Assembly: GCA_016205975.1 (NCBI GenBank)
Contig: JACQSK010000015.1
Coordinates: 76,624 to 113,504 of the forward strand
DNA from: Candidatus Uhrbacteria bacterium
Lineage (GTDB): Bacteria; Patescibacteriota; Patescibacteriia; UBA9934; GWF2-40-263
DNA length: 36,881 nucleotides
Direction: 5' to 3'
The position numbers and the translations under genes are program-made. Of this stretch, positions 1 to 7,187 are shown piece after piece. The notes below the pieces were generated by a model, which ran no database searches, was not told where the DNA came from, and saw only the letters and a program-made list of their open reading frames with translations. Positions within the stretch are counted from its first letter, which is position 1; every line of letters begins with the position of its first letter.

Positions 1-1
1 G

Positions 2-76
2 TGCGGCGCCATCGTGGGCACGCTCGCGATCCTTGCCGTGACGCAGGGTGTGTTTGTCGGCTTAAATGTCCTATGA
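2..76 (+). CDS. 3' end of an upstream membrane protein gene (partial)
   Basis: Frame 2 reads CGAIVGTLAILAVTQGVFVGLNVL* (hydrophobic). Its TGA (74-76) overlaps the ATG at 73 (ATGA coupling). Confidence 0.55.
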   Translation, partial: CGAIVGTLAILAVTQGVFVGLNVL

Positions 77-1254
77 GGATCGCCATAGACGGAACAACGC
101 TGTGCGCGCCAGACGGTTCCCGCGGAGCGGGGATTGAGCATTACACCTGGTCCATCGTGAGAGCCCTCCTGCAGGCAGGCGGCCCGCACGAGTTTTTTCT
201 CGCCACGCCGCCAGCGCTCTCCCGCGTCCACCGCCGCGCGCTGCAAGGGTTCAGTCCGCGCGTGACCCTCTTGCCGTCATTCGGTCCCAAGCTGTCGTTT
301 GTTTCTCGCCACGCGCTGTTGCCTCTGCGATTTTGGCTCTCCCAGTGCGACGTGTTGTTCTCGCCCATGGGACAGATCCCGCTTCTGTGGCGCGGCAAGA
401 GCGTGGTGACTGTGCATGATCTCGCCATCTATGAGCATCCCGAGTGGTTTCCCGAGGGGCAGGATGTTTCCGTGCGCACGTTGGTGCCCAGGAGCCTCGA
501 GCGCGCGACCCGCGTGATCGCTGTGAGCCTCGCCACTCAGGAGAAACTTCATCAGTTGTTCCCAACAACCGCGAGCAAGACGCGCGTGGTGCCTGAGGGG
601 GTGAGTCTGGGAGAGGCCTACGAGGCCCTCAAGCAGACCGACGAGGGGAGCCGGCGCTTCCCGTTCGATCGCGACCTGGTGCTTTTTTTGGGCACGCTTG
701 AACCGCGCAAAAATCTCGTGAATGCGTTTCTTGCGTTCGATCAGTTTTTGCAGAGCCATCCCGAACAAGCCTCGTGCGTGCGGCTGGTGGTGGCAGGGAA
801 GAAGGGCTGGCGCATGGGCGAGATCGAAAATGAACTCATCCGAGTGAACCGCGCCTGGCGGGAAGCAGAGCCCAACGGTGTCATTCAATTTTTGGGGCCC
901 GTGACCGAGGAGGAGAAATGGAACCTGCTGGCGCGCGCTTCCTGCCTCTTGTATCCCTCCTATGACGAAGGCTTCGGCCTGCCGGTGTTGGAGGCCATGG
1001 CCGTTGGTACTCCTGTGATCGCATCCACTCGCGGAGCGTTGCCGGAGGTGGGCGGCGACGCGGCGATGTACGTGGATCCTGAGGACACCGAGGCGATGTC
1101 GTTCGCGCTCTCGCAGTGCTTGCTCGTCCCCGAGGGCGTGCGGGAGCTCAAGGAGATGGGCCTCAAGCGCGCGGCCCAGTTTAGCTGGGAGCGCGAGGCG
1201 AAAGAGACGTTGAAGGTGATAGAGGAAGCAGCACAAATAAAAACGAGGCCGTGA
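73..1254 (+). CDS. Glycosyltransferase family 4 (GT-B fold)
   Basis: Motifs MRIAIDG..GIEHY, VVTVHDL, FLGTLEPRKN, YPSYDEGFGLPVLEAMAVGTPVI, LPEVGGDAA, FSWE. Start placed at ATG 73, not at the ORF-track start at 1. Confidence 0.93.
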   Translation: MRIAIDGTTLCAPDGSRGAGIEHYTWSIVRALLQAGGPHEFFLATPPALSRVHRRALQGFSPRVTLLPSFGPKLSFVSRHALLPLRFWLSQCDVLFSPMGQIPLLWRGKSVVTVHDLAIYEHPEWFPEGQDVSVRTLVPRSLERATRVIAVSLATQEKLHQLFPTTASKTRVVPEGVSLGEAYEALKQTDEGSRRFPFDRDLVLFLGTLEPRKNLVNAFLAFDQFLQSHPEQASCVRLVVAGKKGWRMGEIENELIRVNRAWREAEPNGVIQFLGPVTEEEKWNLLARASCLLYPSYDEGFGLPVLEAMAVGTPVIASTRGALPEVGGDAAMYVDPEDTEAMSFALSQCLLVPEGVRELKEMGLKRAAQFSWEREAKETLKVIEEAAQIKTRP

Positions 1255-1270
1255 GGACCCCGTTTTTTCT
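1238..1270. terminator. Probable bidirectional terminator between convergent genes
   Basis: Imperfect hairpin AAAACGAGGCC-GTGA-GGACCCCGTTTT with A/T tails on both sides. Confidence 0.5.
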
Positions 1271-1275
1271 TGCCG

Positions 1276-1473
1276 CTATTTTTTATCCAGCCCCAGAGCG
1301 CGGTGGATCCAGCACCAGCCCAGGAAGCTTTCGACCAGCGAGATCCAGGCGATGACCAGGACGACAACGTTCGCCCAGTCAGCGGTGAACGTCGGGGCCC
1401 AGGGACCGAGCCACCAGAAGGCGAGCGCGAATCGCAGCACGCGATCCGTCACATCGAGATTGCGTTTGAGCAT
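1276..1473 (-). CDS. DUF2892/YgaP-like small membrane protein
   Basis: MLKRNLDVTDRVLR... two hydrophobic segments ...GWCWIHRALG, matching the N-x-x-x-D-R-x-x-R and C-x-x-x-x-x-L-G pattern of this family. Confidence 0.8.
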   Translation of the reverse strand: MLKRNLDVTDRVLRFALAFWWLGPWAPTFTADWANVVVLVIAWISLVESFLGWCWIHRALGLDKK

Positions 1474-1490
1474 AGGAAAAATGAAGTGGA

Positions 1491-1955
1491 TTAGAATTTT
1501 GTTTGGAGGTAGGCAATCAACACGATCTGGGCGAGCAGGGCGTAGTAGAGCGGCACATCGCCCTTACGTTTCACAAAAAAATCATGGAAGTAAAAATGCA
1601 TGCGGTTGAACCCTCGCAGCATCGGCGACTTGGTGAGGTCATAGAGACCCACGAGCAGGTCCGGCAAGACGCCGCCGACGATGCCCCAGCTGAAGGTGCG
1701 CAGAGAATAGATGTCGCGCGTGTTGGCGATGAGCAGGACGAAGAACAGCGCAAAAACGGCGTCGACCATCACATAGGCCACGGCCTGCCGCCGCCGGCGC
1801 TTGTGGATGCGGAAATTGTCCGCCAGGCCCGTGTCGCCGTGGGGGACCATGTCGATGAGAAAGTGCGAGAGAAAGCCGAAGACGAAGGCGAGGGCCGGGT
1901 TTCCTGTGGCGTGTCCAATCACAGCCCCGAGCGTTGCATGGGTCGTTAGCGTCAT
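1491..1955 (-). CDS. Membrane protein, putative metal-binding hydrolase (YdjM-like His/Asp motifs)
   Basis: Motifs MTLTTH..G, SHFLIDMVPH, LPD and H..FH set among transmembrane segments. Confidence 0.6.
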   Translation of the reverse strand: MTLTTHATLGAVIGHATGNPALAFVFGFLSHFLIDMVPHGDTGLADNFRIHKRRRRQAVAYVMVDAVFALFFVLLIANTRDIYSLRTFSWGIVGGVLPDLLVGLYDLTKSPMLRGFNRMHFYFHDFFVKRKGDVPLYYALLAQIVLIAYLQTKF

Positions 1956-2157
1956 AATGGATTGGCCTCAGGATAGCACAAAAGCGTTAAGGAAAAAAGG
2001 ACGTTGTTGCTTCCCTGAGAGCGTGGGCGTATGTTGTCCTGGTGGCAACAACAACCCGAGACGGGAAACGGCGCTTTGCTTAGCAGAGGGAACGCCAAGC
2101 AAGAAAGACACTCGTTTTTTTCTGGACGAGATTTTTGTTCTGTTATTCAGAGCTAAC

Positions 2158-2190
2158 AAAAAAGACCCCGACACATCGGAGTCTTTTTTT
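2158..2190 (-). terminator. Terminator downstream of tRNA-Leu
   Basis: AAAAAAGACCCCGA-CACA-TCGGAGTCTTTTTT hairpin with A/T runs. Confidence 0.6.
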
Positions 2191-2276
2191 GGTGCCGCGG
2201 GAGGGAATCGAACCCTCACATGGTTGCCCATACAGGATTTTGAGTCCTGCGCGTCTACCAATTCCGCCACCGCGGC
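2190..2276 (-). tRNA. tRNA-Leu(CAA)
   Basis: Reverse complement GCCGCGGTGGCGGAATTGGTAGACGCG-CAGGA-CTCAAAA-TCCTG, long variable arm, GGTTCGATTCC, then CCGCGGC-A-CCA. Confidence 0.96.
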
Positions 2277-2412
2277 GTATGCGTTACAAAATATCTTTAA
2301 AAAAATTGAGATGCGAAGTGCTGGAGGAGAAAAAAGGCCGAGTCGTAGGTCAATCCTACGGTGAGGTCTTTTTTCTCCGAAGCACGAGCAGATCGGTTTT
2401 TTAAAGATATTT

Positions 2413-2489
2413 TGGTAGCTGGGGAGGGAGTCGAACCCTCGACCTCGGGCTTATGAGTCCCACGCTCTAACCAACTGAGCTACCCAGCC
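2413..2489 (-). tRNA. tRNA with CAT anticodon, elongator Met type (Ile2 not excluded)
   Basis: GGCTGGGTAGCTCAGTTGGTTAGAGCG-TGGGA-CTCATAA-GCCCG-AGGTCGAGGGTTCGACTCCCTC-CCCAGCT-A-CCA. Confidence 0.92.
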
Positions 2490-2507
2490 ATACGTTGAGG
2501 CAGGGAA

Positions 2508-2536
2508 AATATAACGAATCTTTTTAAGTCTGGCAA
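2508..2536 (-). promoter_or_regulatory. Sigma70-type promoter for the tRNA-Met
   Basis: TTGCCA-17 nt-TATATT on the minus strand, 18 nt before the tRNA 5' end. Confidence 0.6.
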
Positions 2537-2582
2537 GAGGAGCCGCGCGAAAAAGAAAACTCGCGCGGGAGGGCGCGAGGAG

Positions 2583-2864
2583 CTAGTCGTCGTTTTGTTT
2601 CAGGAGAAGCGCGATGGCTTCTGTGGCCGGAAGGCGGGAGGCTTGCGCGAACTTGGCCTGGTGCCGTGCCCGCATCTGTTCGAGAGCTCGGTCGTTGGCG
2701 ATCTTCATGCCGAAGACGCCGTACATCTGGAGGAAGAACGCGATCCCGGCGATCACGATGATCATGAAGCTGGTCACACCTGGCTGAACGTCCAGCAGCA
2801 AGAGGATCATCCCCACGGGGATGATAGCGACGATCAATCCTGCTCCCACCAGGAACAAACGCAT
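2583..2864 (-). CDS. Hypothetical 93-aa protein with two TM helices
   Basis: ATG at 2864 preceded by AAGGAG at 6-nt spacing. Two hydrophobic segments followed by a charged helix. Confidence 0.65.
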   Translation of the reverse strand: MRLFLVGAGLIVAIIPVGMILLLLDVQPGVTSFMIIVIAGIAFFLQMYGVFGMKIANDRALEQMRARHQAKFAQASRLPATEAIALLLKQNDD

Positions 2865-2944
2865 GACAGTCTCCTTGATCTTGGGTGGAGGTTCATAAGA
2901 GTAGTGCAGGAGGAGCGGATTGTTAATGCGTGCCGTGTCAAAAC

Positions 2945-2975
2945 AAAAATCCCGTCGCAAAGCGACAGGGTGTTT
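2945..2975 (-). terminator. Hairpin/terminator after initiator tRNA
   Basis: CCC(T)GTCGC-TTT-GCGACGGG followed by ATTTTTGTTTT on the minus strand. Confidence 0.5.
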
Positions 2976-2976
2976 G

Positions 2977-3050
2977 TTGCGGGGGCCGGATTTGAACCGG
3001 CGACCTCTTGGTTATGAGCCAAGCGAGCTGCCAGGCTGCTCTACCCCGCG
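2977..3050 (-). tRNA. Initiator tRNA-fMet(CAT), CCA not encoded
   Basis: CGCGGGGTAGAGCAGCCTGGCAGCTCG-CTTGG-CTCATAA-CCAAG-AGGTCGCCGGTTCAAATCCGGC-CCCCGCA-A. The C1:A72 mismatch is diagnostic of initiator tRNA. Confidence 0.93.
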
Positions 3051-3055
3051 GCATA

Positions 3056-3084
3056 GTTATAATGGATCGTGAGGGGACTGTCAA
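3056..3084 (-). promoter_or_regulatory. Putative promoter for tRNA-fMet
   Basis: TTGACA-17 nt-TATAAC, only 5 nt before the mature 5' end. Confidence 0.5.
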
Positions 3085-3138
3085 ACAATCGCGCGCTTCT
3101 GTCCGCTGGGGATCTCGGGTATAATGACTCAGCGAAGT

Positions 3139-3912
3139 ATGGCGCACATCATTTCGGTCGTGAATCAAAAAGGAGGCGTGGGGAAAACGACCACGGCTTT
3201 GAATTTGGCCGCGTATTTATCGGAGCTGGGGAAGTTCGTGCTGCTCGTGGACTTGGATCCTCAGGCCAATGCGACCTCGGGGCTTGGGCTGGATCACAAA
3301 ACACTCCCGGCCGGCGTGTATGAGGGGCTCGTGGGCAGCCATGCGATCCGGGATCTGATCTACAAGACAAGCCATGAGGGACTTCGCATCCTTCCCGCCA
3401 CGCAAGCGCTGGCCGGCGCCTCGGTGGAATTGGTGAACGCACAAGAGCGCGAGCATTTTTTGCGCAAGGCGCTTTTGGAGGTCAGGAACGACTACGACTA
3501 CATCTTCATCGACAACCCGCCGTCGTTGGGCATGCTTACCATCAACGGACTCGTCGCCGCCGACTCCGTGTTGATTCCCGTGCAGGCGGAATATTTTGCG
3601 CTGGAAGGCTTGAGCCAACTCCTCAATACCGTCAACCTCGTGCGCGAGAATCTGAAACCGACGCTCGAGATGATGGGAGCGGTCATTACCATGTATGACG
3701 GACGCACGAGGCTTTCCAAAGAGGTCCTGGAGGAGCTCTATCGCTATTTCCCGGACAAGATTTTCCGTTCCGTAATCCCGCGCTCGGTGCGCTTGGCCGA
3801 GGCGCCTTCCTTCGGCAAATCTATTTTTCATTACGATCCTTCCTCCAAAGCGGCAAAAGCCTACGAGCGGTTGGCGAAGGAATTTATTCTCCGCGAGGAG
3901 GGAAGACTATGA
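3139..3912 (+). CDS. parA: ParA/Soj chromosome partitioning ATPase
   Basis: NQKGGVGKTTT, DLDPQANAT, YDYIFIDNPPSLG, PVQAEYFALEG, IPRSVRLAEAPSFG. TATAAT at 3120-3125 favours the start at 3139. Confidence 0.96.
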   Translation: MAHIISVVNQKGGVGKTTTALNLAAYLSELGKFVLLVDLDPQANATSGLGLDHKTLPAGVYEGLVGSHAIRDLIYKTSHEGLRILPATQALAGASVELVNAQEREHFLRKALLEVRNDYDYIFIDNPPSLGMLTINGLVAADSVLIPVQAEYFALEGLSQLLNTVNLVRENLKPTLEMMGAVITMYDGRTRLSKEVLEELYRYFPDKIFRSVIPRSVRLAEAPSFGKSIFHYDPSSKAAKAYERLAKEFILREEGRL

Positions 3913-4769
3913 GTGCACAGTCCGCATTAGGTCGAGGACTTGGTTCCTTGATTCCGCACAAGCAAACCATTACCGAACAAGTGATCCCGTCGGCGCGCAC
4001 GGAGGTGCTCGAGGTACCGGTCGGCGACATCCATGAGAATCCGCGCCAGCCGCGGCAGCATTTTTCTCCCGCGGATCTGGAAGATCTGATCGGCTCCATC
4101 AAAGAGCACGGCATCATGCAGCCTTTGGTAGTGACTCGCGATTCCGGCACGTTTGAATTGATCGCGGGCGAACGCCGACTGCGCGCTGCGCGCACGCTGG
4201 GATTGAAAACCGTCCCGGTCATCGTGCGCCGCGCCACCGATCAGCAAAAGCTGGAACTTGCGCTCATTGAAAATATCCAGCGCCAGGACTTGAACGCCGT
4301 GGAAGAGGCACTCGCATACCGCGCGCTGACCGACGAGTTTAATCTCACCCAAGAGATGGTCGCCAAGCGCGTGGGCAAGAGCCGCTCCAACGTGGCCAAC
4401 ATCTTGCGTCTTTTGGACCTCTCGCCGGACATGCTTGCCGCTTTGCGCGACGGCCGGCTCACGAAGTCTCATGGCCGCACACTCTTGGCCGAACCGGACG
4501 AAGCCAAGCGCGAGCTCTTGTTTAAACAGATGCTCCAAGGCGGCGTGAGCGTGCGTGAGGCCGAAGCCCGCGTGGCGCCGTCGCATCGGTTCAAGGCCAA
4601 GGCCGCGGCGAAGAAGGATCCAAATCTCCTCTCACACGAGAAGCATCTGAGAGAGGTGCTGGGCACCAAGGTTGAGATCAAGGAATCAGGCGGGAAGGGG
4701 GCGATCACGATCGCGTTTTACTCGCGAGAGGAACTGCTTGGGCTCTTGGATCAGTTATCTGGATTTTAA
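3909..4769 (+). CDS. parB: ParB/Spo0J partitioning protein
   Basis: LGRGL, NPRQPR, IAGERRLRA, ALIENIQRQDLN, HTH KSRSNVANILRLL. ATGA overlap with parA. Confidence 0.96.
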   Translation: MSAQSALGRGLGSLIPHKQTITEQVIPSARTEVLEVPVGDIHENPRQPRQHFSPADLEDLIGSIKEHGIMQPLVVTRDSGTFELIAGERRLRAARTLGLKTVPVIVRRATDQQKLELALIENIQRQDLNAVEEALAYRALTDEFNLTQEMVAKRVGKSRSNVANILRLLDLSPDMLAALRDGRLTKSHGRTLLAEPDEAKRELLFKQMLQGGVSVREAEARVAPSHRFKAKAAAKKDPNLLSHEKHLREVLGTKVEIKESGGKGAITIAFYSREELLGLLDQLSGF

Positions 4770-4803
4770 AAATAAACAGGGAGTAGCTCCCTGTTTATTT
4801 TTT
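4769..4803. terminator. Bidirectional terminator between parB and rel
   Basis: Perfect hairpin AAAATAAACAGGGAG-TAG-CTCCCTGTTTATTTT. Confidence 0.85.
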
Positions 4804-6282
4804 TCGTCCCAGTACGCCCGCGAGCCATCCAGAGACGGAGCGCGCGGTTGCGTCTTTGATTTTGTTGCGCGCATGGCGGGTCTTCACAAATTTGAGCCAG
4901 TCCGGGTTCGGTCCTCGGCGATTTTTGTCTGTAAGGATGTCCACGATGTCGCCTGAGGTGAGGGACGTATCGAGGTTGCGCATGACCTCGTTCACGCGTA
5001 CGGCCGTGCACTTGTTGCCGACCTCGGAGTGAATGGCGTAGGCGAAGTCAATGGGCGTGGCGCCCTCCGGCAGGTCGATGACGTCGCCCTGGGGCGTGAA
5101 GACAAAGATGCGGTCTTTGAACACGTCGATCTTCATGATCTCGAGCTGCTCCATGAAGTCTTTTTTGTTCTGGAGCTCTTTTTGGATTTGGGCCAGCTCG
5201 TCCATCCAGTGCGTGTGCTTCACAGGCTTGTGCGAGCCTTCCTTGTATCGCCAGTGTGCGGCGATACCGTACTCGGCCAGCTCGTGCATCTCCTCGGTGC
5301 GGATTTGGAACTCGACGATCTCGCCGTTCTCTGTGAACACGGTTGTGTGCAGCGACTGGTAACCGTTGGGTTTGGGTTGCGCGATGTAGTCTTTGATGCG
5401 CCCGGGCACAGGCCGCCACTGCTGATGCATGAGCCCCAGAACCGTGTAGCATTCCTCTACGTCGCTCACCAGAATACGGATCGCAATCAAGTCGTAGATT
5501 TTACTCAGGTCCCCTTGGTAGCGATTCAATTTTTTGTAGAGGCTATAGAGACGTTTCACGCGGCCGTGCACCTGGAAGTCCTCCACGCCCGTATGCGAGA
5601 GCAGTTTTTCCACCTGGTCGATGATGCGGCTCACATACGCACCCTTCTCGCGCACCTTGATGTCCATGATGTTTTTCATGCGCTCGTACTCCTTGGGGAA
5701 CAGGTAGGCAAACGATGCGTCTTCCAGCTCGCCCTTGATCTCGCTCATGCCCAAGCGTCCGGCGATGGGCGCGAAGATCTCCAGGGACTCGTGGGCGATG
5801 CGCTGCTGTTTGTGCTTGGGCTGTCCGTAGAGCGTTTCCAGATTGTGGAGCCGGTCGGCGAACTTCATGAAGACGACGCGCACGTCGCTGGCCATCGCCA
5901 AAAACATCCTGCGCATGTTCTCCGCATACCGCTCAGCCCCGCGGTACCGGATGCTGTGCTTGAGCTTGGTGACGCTCTCGACCAGCGAGGCAATGTCGTC
6001 GCCGAACTGCGTGCGGATGGTTTCGATTTGAACGTCTGAATCCTCCGCGACGTCATGCATGAGGGCCGCGGCGATGACGTTCAAGTGTAGTCCCATTTCC
6101 GCGAGCTTGTAGGCAACGGCCACGGGATGGGAAATAAAATCATGCCCCGTGAGGCGCTTCTCGCCTTCGTGCGCGTTCTTTGCGACCAGGTAGGCGCGGC
6201 GTAGCGTGGCGAGGTCCGGGGCCTTGTAGGTTTTTTGGACGAGCTGTTCGAGCTCTTCGTAGGTGCGGACGATTTCACTCAT
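4795..6282 (-). CDS. rel: Rel/SpoT (p)ppGpp synthetase/hydrolase with HD, synthetase and TGS domains; C-terminally short
   Basis: HDVAED, KFADRLHNL, APIAGRLG, KDYIAQPKPNGYQSLHT, EFQIRT, AAHWRYKE, DFAYAIHSEVG. Start placed at ATG 6282 using the promoter position. Confidence 0.93.
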   Translation of the reverse strand: MSEIVRTYEELEQLVQKTYKAPDLATLRRAYLVAKNAHEGEKRLTGHDFISHPVAVAYKLAEMGLHLNVIAAALMHDVAEDSDVQIETIRTQFGDDIASLVESVTKLKHSIRYRGAERYAENMRRMFLAMASDVRVVFMKFADRLHNLETLYGQPKHKQQRIAHESLEIFAPIAGRLGMSEIKGELEDASFAYLFPKEYERMKNIMDIKVREKGAYVSRIIDQVEKLLSHTGVEDFQVHGRVKRLYSLYKKLNRYQGDLSKIYDLIAIRILVSDVEECYTVLGLMHQQWRPVPGRIKDYIAQPKPNGYQSLHTTVFTENGEIVEFQIRTEEMHELAEYGIAAHWRYKEGSHKPVKHTHWMDELAQIQKELQNKKDFMEQLEIMKIDVFKDRIFVFTPQGDVIDLPEGATPIDFAYAIHSEVGNKCTAVRVNEVMRNLDTSLTSGDIVDILTDKNRRGPNPDWLKFVKTRHARNKIKDATARSVSGWLAGVLGRKK

Positions 6283-6289
6283 GCACCGT

Positions 6290-6361
6290 ACGATACTGCG
6301 GCTGATGCCCAAGTGTCAAAAGACGTTTGTGGTTGACGCGCGCGTTTTTTTCTGATAGGTT
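6290..6361. promoter_or_regulatory. Back-to-back divergent promoters (rel and the 6384 gene)
   Basis: Minus strand: TTGACA(6319-6314)-18-TATCGT(6295-6290). Plus strand: TTGACG(6333)-17-TAGGTT(6356) with a TG extension. Confidence 0.6.
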
Positions 6362-6383
6362 GAGGACAGTTTAGCTATCCTTT

Positions 6384-7163
6384 ATGACAGAAACAGAAGG
6401 AATAAACAGTCAGGAATCGAAGGCCGCGGAGCCTGTGTTTGTGATGCCGCCTGGCAGAGGCGAACCACGAGCGGCCACGGAGGGCGACCCAGGCGCTGTG
6501 GTTGAAGACCCATCAGTGAAGGCCGCGCAAGCGAGGGCACAGGAGCGGGCAGCCGCGTTGGCGGAACTGAATTTTGAAGATTATCTGGAAGGTGAGGAGA
6601 TGGAGGACGTCGATGATCTGCCGGAGTATGACGAGGAGGGGAATGTCATTCCCAGAGCAAAATCGCCGAAGGGTTTTTTGCCGAAGGTCCTTTGGTACGG
6701 TGGACGTCTTGACGAGGCGGCGGTCATGGCAGGAGTCATGAAGGAAGCTCGTTGGTATCATCGGCAGACTCTGTCGCTTACAGACCGCCTCGCACTCAAG
6801 TTGAGCGGCTGGGGAGACAAGCTCCTGCAAAGCTCCGGCGTGCCGTTTGCCAAGTCCCTTGGCGGCGGTCTTGATTGGCTCGTGGGTCTCTTTGTGAGTG
6901 AAAAATCGTTGGCCGAGCTGATAGACAAAGAACGTAAAGAAAAATTGAAAGCCAGGAAGAAAGTGCTGGAGGACTTGCGCAAGGAACGGGAGAAGATGGA
7001 AAAGAAACAAGACGCGGCCGCAAAAAAGAAAAAGGGGAAGGAGGAGAAGAAACGAAAGCTGAAGAAGATCTTTGGAGAGAAGGCGGCGGAGGCGATTGAG
7101 GAAGCCACGGAGAGCGACGAAGAGGAGAACGGGGAAGAAGAGAAGAAAGAGAAGGAGGAATAA
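6384..7163 (+). CDS. Hypothetical highly charged protein (acidic ends, Lys/Glu-rich coiled coil)
   Basis: 259-aa ORF filling the gap between rel and topA, with its own promoter and a downstream terminator. Confidence 0.7.
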   Translation: MTETEGINSQESKAAEPVFVMPPGRGEPRAATEGDPGAVVEDPSVKAAQARAQERAAALAELNFEDYLEGEEMEDVDDLPEYDEEGNVIPRAKSPKGFLPKVLWYGGRLDEAAVMAGVMKEARWYHRQTLSLTDRLALKLSGWGDKLLQSSGVPFAKSLGGGLDWLVGLFVSEKSLAELIDKERKEKLKARKKVLEDLRKEREKMEKKQDAAAKKKKGKEEKKRKLKKIFGEKAAEAIEEATESDEEENGEEEKKEKEE

Positions 7164-7187
7164 AAAACGGGCTTATGCCCGTTTTTG
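7162..7187. terminator. Bidirectional terminator
   Basis: AAAAACGGGC-TTAT-GCCCGTTTTT between convergent genes. Confidence 0.75.

Noticed and set aside
2190-3050. Prophage or integrative element at the tRNA cluster
   Set aside because: No integrase and no duplicated tRNA 3' end were seen in the window.
1968-3168. ORFs 1968-2270, 2135-2404, 2834-3022 and 2938-3168
   Set aside because: These are translations running through tRNA genes.
3051-4803. parS site or plasmid origin near parAB
   Set aside because: No TGTTTCACGTGAAACA-like palindrome was seen by eye, and the context is chromosomal housekeeping genes.
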